Under the pieces are notes generated by a model, which saw only the letters and a program-made list of their open reading frames with translations, had not been told where the DNA came from and searched no databases. From positions 62,001 through 126,000 of the forward strand of contig NW_005434671.1 of NCBI RefSeq assembly GCF_000315625.1: a DNA stretch of 64,000 nucleotides. Reading direction: 5' to 3'. Made by a program: the position numbers and the translations under genes. Positions 36,872 through 48,386 of the stretch are shown in pieces (within the stretch, counting starts at the first letter, position 1; each line of letters begins with the position of its first letter). The DNA is from Guillardia theta CCMP2712. Lineage: Eukaryota; Protista; Cryptophyta.

Positions 36872-36933
36872 TTTACTCAAAGTTAAGTTAAAAATCAGTA
36901 CGAGGACAATCAGGAGAGTCCAGGAGGCTTGAC
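36872..36933 (+). repeat. 62-bp dispersed direct repeat, copy 2
   Basis: Match to 34411-34472. Confidence 0.95.
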
Positions 36934-37266
36934 GCCCTCACGCTGTCGCACATCAGTGGGCCATACGGCGAGAAGAGAAAAGACAGCGAAACAAACCCTT
37001 ATATGGCCAACTGCTGTCCTCCAAACTTCGTCACCCAAAATGGTCGTCCATACACCCGGTTTCTCTTCATTGTTGACTGATCCGCTCGGCTTCGCCCCTT
37101 CCGCATGCGCGGCATATCTTAGACACGAGTCTCCACACTTGAGTAAACTTTTATATGAAAAATTGCATATTAACTAACTATTGTAGTATTTGTAAAAGAA
37201 CTGGGTGGGTGCAGAAGCAGATCAGGCAGGGAAATACAGCCTAAGCTGCAAGAAAGTTTAGACAAC

Positions 37267-40200
37267 ATGCCGGTGGGCGGGGGGGTTCGGCATGGGGGGG
37301 GAGGGGGAGGGGGGGCAGGAGGAGCAGGGAGCTCAATGGCGGTACAGGCAATAAAGGGGGAACGCAAGGAGAAGAGGAGTAGACCCTCTGGGGAGGATGA
37401 ACGTCCATCGAAAGGCAGCAAGCTGAGCCAACAGAGCACCCCAAAGGATAAGGGACGGGCTGACGATGACAAGGAAACCGGCAAGGCGCAGCAGCACGAC
37501 AGTCAGTATGAAGATCACTTTGTGGACCTCTGCGACAGGATCAAGAGAATGGGAGGTCCTGACATCACAGCAGAGGGCTGGAGCTTTAGAATAGACCGGA
37601 TCCCTCAAGATGGCGAAGGAGAGAACGGAAAGGATCAGGTAGGGATGGTGTATGTCGATCCGGATGGCAACACGTTCAGGAAGAGGAAGCATGTTATGAA
37701 AAGGATCGGTTTGTCCGATCAAAAGGTGACGACGAGAGAGGATGCTTACCAGAAAGCTAGAGAAAACTTCAAGAGCATGGAAGAGAAGTACCCTCTCCCG
37801 ATGAGAGCCAACGCCATCACCATTCTCAAGTGGGGGAAGATAGAACACCAGCGAGAAAGCTTTCACAGCTCTCGTCACATCTGGCCAGTAGGGTTTCAAT
37901 CTAGCTACAAGGATGCAGACTCGGGAGTTCTGTTCGAAAGCACTGTGGTTGACGGGTCCGGGGTGCCCGAGGGGCTAGAATGCGGGCAACCCGACGGGCC
38001 GGTCTTCAAGGTGACAGTCAAGAAACAAGGGGAAGCGTTGGTGGAGATTTGGGGAAAGTCGCCAAAGGAAGCGTGGAGAAAGGCGTTGAATGACGACAAG
38101 GCAGAAGAGCGTTTTGGGTTCCATTTGCCACAGGTGAAGGCCAGGATTGAAGGCCTGAGACATGCGATCAACTGCCAGAACTATCAGTTCCTGGAACTGC
38201 GACAGTTGGGAGGAAAGGATGAGAAGAAGTCGGAGAAGAAGTCGGAGAAGAAGTCGGAGAAGAAGTCGGAGAAGAAGGGTGCTGCCAAGTCCAAGGAAAC
38301 ACCCAAGAAGAAGACTAAGGTAGTCAAGGGAAAGAAAGAGCCGGCGAGCCAGTCAAAGAAGGAGAAGAAGTCTAAACTTTCTGAGAGGGCGCAGCAGCGG
38401 AGGGATGCGGCTGAAAAGAAGAGGATAGCAGCGGAGGAGAAGAGGCTGGCAGCGGAAGAGGCAGCCAGGAAGAAGAGGGAGCAGAAAGAGATCGAGCAGG
38501 AGGAGCAACGATGGCTCGCGCGCTACCCCATAGAAGACATGTGCGTGATGTTAGAGGAGTTCGTGATGGAAAGAGTGGCAAAGAGAGGGATGGACGTCCT
38601 GCCTCAACGCGCTGCAGCTCGGGCGGTGGAAGCAGCGATCGAGCATGGCCTATCGAACACAGCTGCCGTCGCTGCTGCAGACCGGGCAGCGGAGCATGTG
38701 AGCAACGGCGACAGCATGGAGGAAGCCTTAGGCAAGGCAATGATCTATGCGGAAGAAATGGAAGAGAAGATCCATCAAGAAGGAGATGATGAGCTGGGTG
38801 GAGTGCAGGAAAAGCCCTTCAAGGATGAGCTGCAGATTTTGAGGAGAGGAGCCCGAGTTCGTATGCTCTTCATGGCAGATCAAATCGAGACGTGGTATCA
38901 CGGTTTCGTGACAAAAGTTTGCGACACGACCAACAAGTAAGAATCCTGTCGCCGAATGGCTCCACCGCATGATGACACTTCCCGTGGTCCCTTCGCTATG
39001 TCCTGCTCCCCCAGCTACATGTCATGCTCCCCCAGCTACTTTGGCTGTGTTGACTTATCCCTGCTCCGCTTCTCCTCCCTCTTTCTCTTTCGCTCCTCTA
39101 CCTCCTCACTCTCTGATCAGGCTCAGCGTCTCGTTTTACGATGGGGAGAACGTGGAGGTTCCTCGAGGTGACCAGGACCTGGAGGTTCTCAACCAGGGCT
39201 GCCTTCTCCTCCCGCAGGGGTTCCCTCCGCCTCGTCGAGCTCAGACGCACATCGCCGACCTCTTTGCTATCACCACCTTCGTTGACGCCTTTAGAGCTGA
39301 GTTGGCTCTTCCCCGTGGCAACATTTATGACCTGCAGGTCTTTCTCAACTCCTCCGCCTGTCCTCCTTCCCCTTGTCCACCCTCTTTCACTGCTTCCATC
39401 TGTTTCCACTCCTCTTCCATGCTCGCTCTTCACTCTCTGCTCCCCTTCCCGCCTTCCTCGTCATCCGCTCTCTCCTCCTGTGCTTCTCCTCCATCCCGAC
39501 ACCTCCCAGAGCTCATTCACCTTCAGGTTGGATTGTCCGCCCCCGCTCAGTCGCACTTCTTGAGCGACCTCTACATGTCCCTCTTGACAGGAGCCATGCA
39601 AGCATTCAAGGAGCATGGAACGCAACATGCCCCGCACAACAGCGTTCCTCCTGTAAGTTCAGCAGCACCCGCACCTCATCCCTCATCCCTTGGACTGACG
39701 AAGTCGCAGACGTGGATCGGAGAGCACACGCTCAACCTATACACTTGGCCGGAGGTGGCGAGGAGGTGGATCCTCTTCGGGCCCCTTGCAGAGCTTCACA
39801 GGAGGAGATTTCCCGAGGCAGTCTCTGCTGCCGGCTCCCTGTCGCAGGGGGTCAGCGGCATCCGCACTTGCCCGGAGGGGCACATGATGGTGCTGCTCTG
39901 CCTCATCGAGGACTGCATGGACCACGCGGACGTTCGCAGCGCCATAGAGGCGAGGTCTGTGAAGTGAAGGGAGGGTGGGATGAGGGAAGGGAGGGGAGGG
40001 TGAGTGAAGTAAGGGGAGGGGCAGAATGAGAGTTGAAGTGTCACTTTTCCGGTGCTGACAAGAAAGGTAGGATCGAGAGCATGGACAAGTTGCAGCGGGA
40101 GCATGCGCAGAAGCAGAAGGAGCTCAGCGAGGAGGAGAAGAAAATCACCGCAAGAGTGAAGGCGGCCAACGATAGGCTACAAGTCGTCGACAGTGGCGAG

Positions 40201-42085
40201 CAGGGAGAGGATCCAGAGCCTGTGAGCGACGCTCCTGCTGCCCTCCCTCCCTCCTCAGTTGACACCACTGTGATGTCAAACGGGACGGAGGAAGGAGTTC
40301 CCAACGAAACGCCTCCGGCTACTCAGCAGCCGCAGGATGACGAGTATGCTATGAAGCTTGCGGCCTGGAAGCAGAGGAGACAGGAGAGGGGAGGGGAGCA
40401 GGCAGACAAGGAGAAAGGAGACGCACAGAAGGAGGAGAAGAAGTTTCACGAGCGATTGATGAAGTACGAGGTTGAGCATGCGCACAAGGTGGAGCGAGCA
40501 AGCGTGTACTACATGCCCATCGGCATGGATCGCCACCGGAACAAGTACTGGTGGTTTCCGTCCGACAAGAACTGCCTCTACGTAGAGCCTCCCGCTCCCT
40601 CCTCTGTGGTGGAGCCGCCCATGACTCCGAGGTCGGACGAGGACATGAAAGGCGTGAACAGCCCAGCGAGGAACCCGGTGGAGTGGAGGGTGTGGGTAGG
40701 AGGGGAAGTGATCAAGACTATGCTTGAGAGCCTCTACGACAAGGGAGCTCGCGAGTCAGAGCTCAAGAAGTCGCTGCTGAAGCTGCAGGACAAGATGGGG
40801 ACCGCGGGAGTCACGCAGACTGCCGTGTTTGACAACCTAGGGGATACGGGCTCTTCTCAGCTAGGAGCTCTCGCAGCTGAGACGGAAGCGTTTGCGGCTG
40901 CTCACCAAGAGGCAAAGAACGTGGCGGAGATCATGGACCAGGAGCAGATGAGGCTGCTGAGGCAGACGATGGAGGACTGGGAGGCGATGCTGCAGGAGCC
41001 AGGAGACTGCTCGAACCTCGCCCGGCTGCTGCTTGCGATGGAGGACGCGATCTTCACTTCTCACGCTCCGGTGAAGCGGACGAAGCAGGTCAATGCGCAG
41101 GCACCGGCGGAAACAAACCAGGACGAGCAGGCGAGTGAGAGCGTAGCGATGGAGGTGACAGAGGCGGAGAACGGGCAGAGTGCTGGGCCGGAATGGAGCA
41201 AAGACAACGAGTTTGTGGGGAAGCGAGTGAGACGGAACGTGAAGGGAGACGACGGGAAGCCAGCAGGACAAGCGAACGGGACGGTGATAGGCTTCCTGCC
41301 CAAAGAGATCTCCGACTTCATTTCCAAGGAGACGAACCAGGCGGCGGCTCTCTGGCGCGTCGCGTTCGACGACGAAGACATTGGGGAAGAAGATCTCGAG
41401 GAGTTTGAGATCGTTAACGCGATCCAGGCCTACGAGAAGCTGCAGGCCGACCTGCGCGTCTCCTCCGCCGCCATCGCCCGATCCCGTGGGACCAACTTCA
41501 GCAAGGAAGCCTCGATCGGTGAGCATGGGGCCAACGGGACGGAGCAGGAAGTGAAGAGCGAGAGCTCTCGGCCCCTGAGCTCTTCGGCTGTCGGCAGCGA
41601 CCTTCAGATCTACGAGGAGGGAGCGGTTGACATGGCTGAGGCAAACAACAAGCCCTCCCGTCGGTCATTGTGGACAAGGTGAGGGAGGAGGTGAGAGGAA
41701 GGCAAGAGAGTAACAGCTTGCAGTGCGATGCAGCGGCAAGCGTGGAGGGTCGAGAGCGAGACGGCAGGGAAGTCAGGGTCGCTACCTCGGCTGTGCTTCT
41801 CGGCTGCTGTAAGTTTGGATTCTTTCCTTGCTCGCGCTCACAGTCGAGCAGTCTCTCTGCGAGAACGCGCTGCGAGTGATGGGCAGATCAAGAGACTCTC
41901 TGTCCTCAGCCCCACGAGGCGGGAGACGCGGGAAGCGCACGAGGGGGGAGATGGAGCTTGCCTCCCTTGTCTCCTCGGGGTACACGGAGTCTGGCAGACG
42001 AGTAAGCCTGTCACATATACCTTTCGCGGCAGCTTCTGACGGTGAAACAGGTGAAGAAAGTTTCTTACGCGGAGCAAAGCTCTGA
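37267..42085 (+). CDS. Chromatin protein with MBD-like, FYRN/FYRC, DDT, WHIM/WSD and Tudor-like domains (ISWI accessory subunit type)
   Basis: GWSFRI..VYVDPDGNTFR (MBD-like); FHSSRHIWPVGF, GPVFKV and SPKEAW..RFGF (FYR); RYPIED; DLFAITTFVDAF (DDT); TWPEVAR; PIGMDRHRNKYWWF and LYDKGARESEL (WHIM2/3); VGKRVRR..LWRVAFDD..EDLEEFE (Tudor-like). Confidence 0.82.
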
Positions 42086-42652
42086 GGAGGAGGAGGAGCC
42101 ATGACACGGGGAGGGCAGGGGGGTGGGACAGCGGGTGATGAGCAAGGTGGAGGATGCGTACGTGTGGTGTACCAGTAAACTTGTGGGGTTGTACCTTTAC
42201 TGTCTCATGATTGAACGTACATGATCACCCGCTGTGAAGGTGAAGCTGATTGGAAATCCTTCTCCTTGTTCAACCTGAAACATTCCGATGATGCTCAGAA
42301 GTTCTAGACAATGACGGGCAATCAAAGGGATCTTGCGGGTGACGAGCTCAAGATTTGACTGCCGAGGTGGAAGACAGCAACTTGTTGATATAGTAGAAAG
42401 CAGCAACGTGTTGACATCGATCTCTTTCAAGCCTGATAAAACAATCACTTTGAAGTGCCTTGGAGATGGAGAAAGTCATGTGGTCGCAGGTCAGGACCGA
42501 GCCAAGCAGGTCACGATGACATCTCCAACCAGACACTGAAGAGTTGCGCACATGAGCAAGCTGCTGATTCAACCTCATTGTGATGAAAGATGAACCTTAC
42601 ATCAGATTTTCACATCCAACGCTCTTGGGATATGCTGGAACTCTGCTACATA

Positions 42653-43102
42653 CTGCTGTCTTCTACTACATCGACACGTTGCTGTCTTCTACTACATCGA
42701 CACGTTGCTGTCTTCTACTACATCGACACGTTGCTGTCTTCTACTACTACATCGACACGTTGCTGTCTTCTACTACATCGACACGTTGCTGTCTTCTACT
42801 ACATCGACACGTTGCTGTCTTCTACTACATCGACACGTTGCTGTCTTCTACTACATCGACACGTTGCTATCTCAGGCTTCTACTACATCGACACGTTGCT
42901 GTCTTCTACTACTACATCGACACGTTGCTGTCTTCTACTACATCGACACGTTGCTGTCTTCTACTACATCGACACGTTGCTGTCTTCTACTACTACATCG
43001 ACACGTTGCTGTCTTCTACTACATCGACACGTTGCTGTCTTCTACTACATCGACACGTTGCTATCTCAGGCTTCTACTACATCGACACGTTGCTGTCTTC
43101 TA
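42653..43102 (+). repeat. 26-bp minisatellite (TTGCTGTCTTCTACTACATCGACACG)n, about 16.5 units, with 29- and 32-bp variants
   Basis: Contiguous tandem units with no spacers. Confidence 0.97.
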
Positions 43103-43586
43103 TGGTTTATCAGCTTTGAAAGAGATGGGTCTGTCAGCTTGAAAGAGAGAGGTTTATCAGGCATCCGTCACCTGATTCTTGATGTATCATCACAGGCAAT
43201 GCCGCGCAGTGAGCAGCTGTTCACGTCTCTTCCTCGTGCAGCAAACATACAGCAAGACACTATCCTGCTCTTGGGTATTCCATCCACTCAACTTGAAATG
43301 TCCATTTAGCATGCAGGCACTAACTCATCATATCTTCTTGCGGGCCATTCGAAGTTCAACACTACAACTTACCGTCAGTCAAAGGAAAGTTTGCAGTGAA
43401 GCCATGTGCGTGTTACCTTGCAGAACTCTTTGCAAATTCAGGTCAGTCTGCAACAGTAGCATACGCAAGGGATTGCATGACCTGCAGGTCACCAAGTGGA
43501 GGTATCGATAGGAAGGGATGACAAGTCAAGTATCGGCTATTTACTTGTTAACTATGTACATGAACAAAATCCTTGAATCTAGATCA

Positions 43587-44701
43587 TTAGAAATCCGCGT
43601 CCAAGTCAGATATGATTCTGAGGATGTCGTTTTCCTCAAGTTTTCCAACCATCTCTTCATGATTGTTAATGAAGTCCACAAGGGACGTGTTGTTGTCTGC
43701 CTGTCCTATCTGCCCTGTGGCAATAGAGCGGCTTCGCTTCGTCGACATGGACTGACATAGTGCAGGGTCCCTCGTGACCGGTTCGATCATATGGAGAGTT
43801 TCCGCATTCAACCCTTCAACCTCCGACAGGTGCATTTCTATCTCGTCGCTCACCCCACTGGTTTCACTGGTGAGTACGAAAGAATCGTACTCGACCTTGT
43901 TCCCCACTTCGAACTCCTGCTTCGCATTCAAGTAGAAGATCGCTTCCTCCTCCAGCTCGCTCTGCGTTTCCCCACAATTGCTGGAGAGATCCGATATCGG
44001 AGAATGGGTTCGAAGCTTCTTGTTCGGAGAGCACTCGCTAGAAGTCAGCGATGACATGCGTTTCCGTGACGTCAGCTTGTTCCATTCGTTGTGAAATTCC
44101 ATGCAGACATTCAAAAAGTGGTCGAGCTTCAGCGCAGTGGAGGGGGCCAAGCACTCTTTCCATCCTTGTTCCAAGATTTCAAGGTCATGCTTGTCTGCGG
44201 GGTTTCTCCATCGTCTGCCCGTGTAGAAGTAACGGATACCTGAGCCAGATGTAAGGAACAAGTTTGCCGGCCGAGCGACAAGGTAATTCTCACCTTGAAC
44301 GTTTCGGCAATCCTCTGTGTCTTCCCAGTCCTCTGAGTATGGGCTCCTGGTGCGCATTTTGACAAACCCGTTCTTTTCCAAGTGCTTGTTGAACTCGATC
44401 TCTGTCATTCCATGCCGTCCAACATAAGGATCTTCATTACGGACGGACGCTGGACAGCAGATGCTGAGAGCGCGGAAGATTGAGTATTTGCCAGCACGAT
44501 CAATAATGCTGTGCGAGCCTTTTCCAGGGACTTTTTCCGTGACCTGACACATAAGTAAGTCATCGAAGAAGAGAGGGAAAGGAAGGGGAAAGGGAGGGAA
44601 AAGAAGGTAGATCGCTATCCGAAGACAGCATGGCAACTTACAATGTTGGCAAAAGTAAGGCCGATCTTCTTGTTGTGCTCGGATGCGATCGGGCGTCCCA
44701 T
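43587..44701 (-). CDS. Hypothetical, probably nuclear, protein
   Basis: Exon 1 MGRPIASEHNKKIGLTFANI followed by gtaagt, spliced to VTEKVPG...GRRWRNP; basic KRM..KKLR motif and acidic tail. Confidence 0.7.
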
Positions 44702-45644
44702 GCTGGTTGTTCTACTATCGCCGCTTCCAGCTCCTCTCGTTTAATAATCACATTTCCCCGTCCCCCACCCCACCCCTTCCTATCCTTTCTTTACATCTGT
44801 GAAACCACCCCTCTCTGCCTATTGCTTGCTACAACCCATTCCGACCTTGGTATCTTCTCACAAAATGTGTAGTAAAGCAACCATGATGTGGTGGGGTGCT
44901 CTCATTACCGGTTCGATCCTCCGTAAAAAGACTGAAATTCTCATGGTAGGGTCCTTTATATACATCAAATGTGGGGTGAGATTAAACAGTGTCAGTCGAA
45001 TGTGTCATGCTGCATATCATGTAGATTTCTCCAGTACCCCTCGTTTCAACAACACTTTTCAGGGGTACAACAGAGTGAGCAATGTGATTGTCGAGGTTTT
45101 TTTTAAAGCACTTGTCTGTGACGATGATGACTTTACTCAGCCATGCTATAAACTCATTATACATTATATTTATTTCTATAAGTGAAACGTTGTCTTATTT
45201 TAACGGAACTGATATCCAACCTCATGAATCGATGAACCCCACCTACCTTTTTCTAACAGATGTACCCCCTTATTAGATAGTTCGGCGAAACCCGACCCCA
45301 TGACTTCATTGCACCGAGTTTTTTAATTATGATCATCCTCCGATGTCCGAAGCGATGAGATATTATATTTGTTTTGGTTTCCGTAAGAACGAACGCCGGT
45401 CTGGCCCTGTCGGAAGATCGGAAAAGTACCCCCACATTCTATTGAAAGTACCCACCCCATTGACAGGTTGTATGCGAGGGTCTTGAGTCCTTCGGTGAAA
45501 TCCGGGGGCATGCGTGGGGAAGTGGACCTCAAACCTCTTGTGTACATTGTAAAGATATGGCGTTCGGAGAAATCCGGGATGTAACAGTAAAATAAGGAGT
45601 TAAAAAAGGAAAGAGGTTTATTAAGAGGGTAGATGGGGACACTA

Positions 45645-46906
45645 GGTGTGTCCGGTACGCTACTATCTGTACGTTGTTACTGTAGGTTAAATTCACGTAC
45701 AGTAGGAATTTCAAAAAGTGATTCGGTACGAGCTGTACTATCCGAAAGAACGAATTTCAATTTGTTTCAAAGTTTTCAAATTTTTGATCGAACATACAAA
45801 ATGATGAGGACCCACTTGCCATGCTGCGGGACGGCCAAGTTGATGATGGAAGCTACAGCGGTTCCGCCGACGTTGCTGGTGAAGATAGATAGGTGATGTC
45901 AGATACATGTTATCATCCATTCAGAATCAGGTCCATTTTCTGCAGCATGGATGAAAGCCGCGCATTCACGAGTGCGTAACGAAAAGAATCCAGGTTAAAC
46001 ATGCAACGAGGTTCATGCTGCATACTACAGGCAAAGGCTTCTTATCGTTTCAACTTTGAAGCACAGGCAAGTCAAAAAGACTGTATGCATCCGATGTGAA
46101 GGCTTGTTATTGTCGCGGTACTGGGCAATTCGCAGCATGCGGCAAGCAAACCTGAATCATGCTCGCACAGAAATCTATATCATGAAGCGACGCTTTGAAT
46201 GCCGGGCGAGATCCACTCGCTGTAGATGAATGGAAGCAAGCAAAGACAATCAATGAACACCTCGATGCAATCCGTACTGCAGAGTCAGACATTGGCGGGG
46301 ATAGGAAAAGTATATTGAACAAGCACATTGAAGGTGGGAATACCTTGATTGAATTAGAGAAGTTTTATATCAAGATTCAGCTGCTCTACTAGAAACTCTT
46401 TATCAGTAAACTCTTACAGCTCGGTTTGGAATTTCATCCACTTGCCTTATGACATGGCTTCTGTTGATAGCCTGGTGGAAACTTACGAATGTGTCTTGAT
46501 CTAAAAATGGTTTGCACCGCCTTGAATGATCGAGGTTTGAGAAAAGAACGATGGTTGGTTGACGATTAATGAACGAATGAACGATGTATTCATCAGAGAA
46601 CATTCATCTAACCATCAACTTGATCAGGATCGCGGTAAATCGCGGTCGGAAGCGAAGGGCTGATGAGCGGGAAGGATGGGAGAGGGGGCAGGGCGGTGGG
46701 CAGGGGGGGGCGGTTTAAAAACTTGACTTTTAAATTTGACGAACCTACAGTAAGTACTAAACGTTCTTATTTTGCTCGGATTTGAGAAATAGCGATTATC
46801 GTACTATCTGTACGTTCATCGTTAAAAACGGTTGTAGTGAAATTTAACGGACTGTCCGTAACATTTGTACCAGGGAACGTACAGATAGTTGCGTACCGGA
46901 CACACC
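45645..46906. mobile_element. Non-autonomous DNA transposon, 1262 bp, with 31-bp TIRs flanked by TA
   Basis: GGTGTGTCCGGTACGCTACTATCTGTACGTT at 45645-45675 and its reverse complement (1 mismatch) at 46876-46906. TA at 45643-44 and 46907-08. Subterminal repeats present. Confidence 0.85.
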
Positions 46907-46909
46907 TAC

Positions 46910-47750
46910 TTGCTGCCCTACGGCGGCGGCCTGGGGGCGGAGGCAGACAGAGTAGTGAAGAAACTCTCTGTCCTCCAAATGTTTTATCTGACGTCCTGAG
47001 GCAAGCTGGATCTTCCAGAACAAACGAATCAGCTAGAGCCAAGCGGATCTTCAGCAACTGCTTGTTTCCAGCGTGATTCTGATTCAACCTGTTTACACAA
47101 GAAGATAGAAAGAGAAACTCACGTAGGCAAGAAGAAATCCAATACAAATTTTCTTCAAATTGTATTTGCTGAGAGTGCACAAAAATAACCAACAGAGGTT
47201 GTGTAGCACAACGTTCACGTTTTCAAACATATGACAGCTTACACCCCATACTACGGAGCAAAGGTGTGATCACCACTGTCAAGCGAACGCACGAGCGATG
47301 CTCGCTCCTCTGCAACCCGTAAAGCTTCGGGGTGTGACAGTACTGTCGAATGTATGTGAGGTGATCACATCATGACCTTGCACCCTGTCCGTCTAGCTCC
47401 GTCACCGCAATCAAAGCAAAATGACTTTTTTTCTAGAAGACTCGATTTGCGACGAACTGCTAACTTTAAGGTACTGTGGATTGTGTTGAGAAGGAGGAGC
47501 AGACCAATCTGAACAAATTACATTCTTGATCCTTGCTGTTTGAATTTATTGAGATACCTTTACAACTCACATTACTCCACTGAATAACCTCGACCTGGAT
47601 ACTTTTGTGCTCCCTCAGGCTTATGACACAAGATAGCTCTGCGAAAGTGAGCTCAAGTCTCCGCAGGAAGGAATCTTCTTGAGTATGGAAGGGATGTCAC
47701 TCGCAGAAGCGGTCCGCTGATGTTCGGGGTTACCCGGGTTGTAAATGAGA
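46910..47750 (-). CDS. Spliced hypothetical gene whose 3' end abuts the TIR element
   Basis: Short plausible exons such as LSHPEALRVAEERASLVRSLDSGDHTFAPYG bounded by ag and gtaag; no family recognised. Confidence 0.35.
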
Positions 47751-48386
47751 ACGTTGCGATATCACATCGATTCGGGTACTTTCTAAAAGGTAGTCCGGGT
47801 TTCGCCGGGAGGACGGGAATTCCAAAAAAAAAAATGGCAGTTTACTACTTTTTAACTTACTAGTATCACACTGCAATAAATTCATCCTGGCACGGAGGTC
47901 GCGCATCCTCGTGTGCTGACGCCTGCCGGCGTGCCGCCGCTGGTCAGGCGCGGGCCCGTCTCACGCCGATAACTAATAAAATTGTAACGGTTATAAAGTC
48001 CTGATAACCGTTCGGCGGCTCGCGGTGCAAACTTTCAACAACAATCATCAGGCCAGACTGCTAGCAATCACGAATGGCAATTCGGGCGCAGGGGAGTAAC
48101 CGTTGGGGCAGAGAGCGCAGGACGCGATAGATGGCGAAGAAGGAGAAGAGAGTTCAACGTCTTCAAGGGGATTGTGAGGTAGTGGTTGGACGAAACGATG
48201 CTCGGCCCCTGCTCATGGTCAGATGTCAAGAGCGTCCAAAGAGAATTTTGCAACAAGGATCACCACAAACTGTTCGCTTGTTGGGTTGATCTCAAGAGTT
48301 GTGGCGGCTTCTGCAAACCCTTTGAGAGGAAGATCTGTAAACTCTCAGGACCTAACACTCGGACAAGAGGAGGAAAACCAAGCTGC

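Noticed and set aside
34411-36933. Composite transposon carrying BT1
   Set aside because: The repeats are short and direct, with no transposase or target-site duplication, and BT1 is an ordinary intron-containing gene.
42653-43102. CRISPR array or repeat-protein gene (ORFs in three frames)
   Set aside because: Units are contiguous with no unique spacers and no cas genes are nearby. The open frames are a by-product of a stop-free repeat.
47261-47380. Nested hairpins suggesting a structured ncRNA
   Set aside because: No known RNA motif is present, and the minus strand reads as a plausible exon with splice sites.
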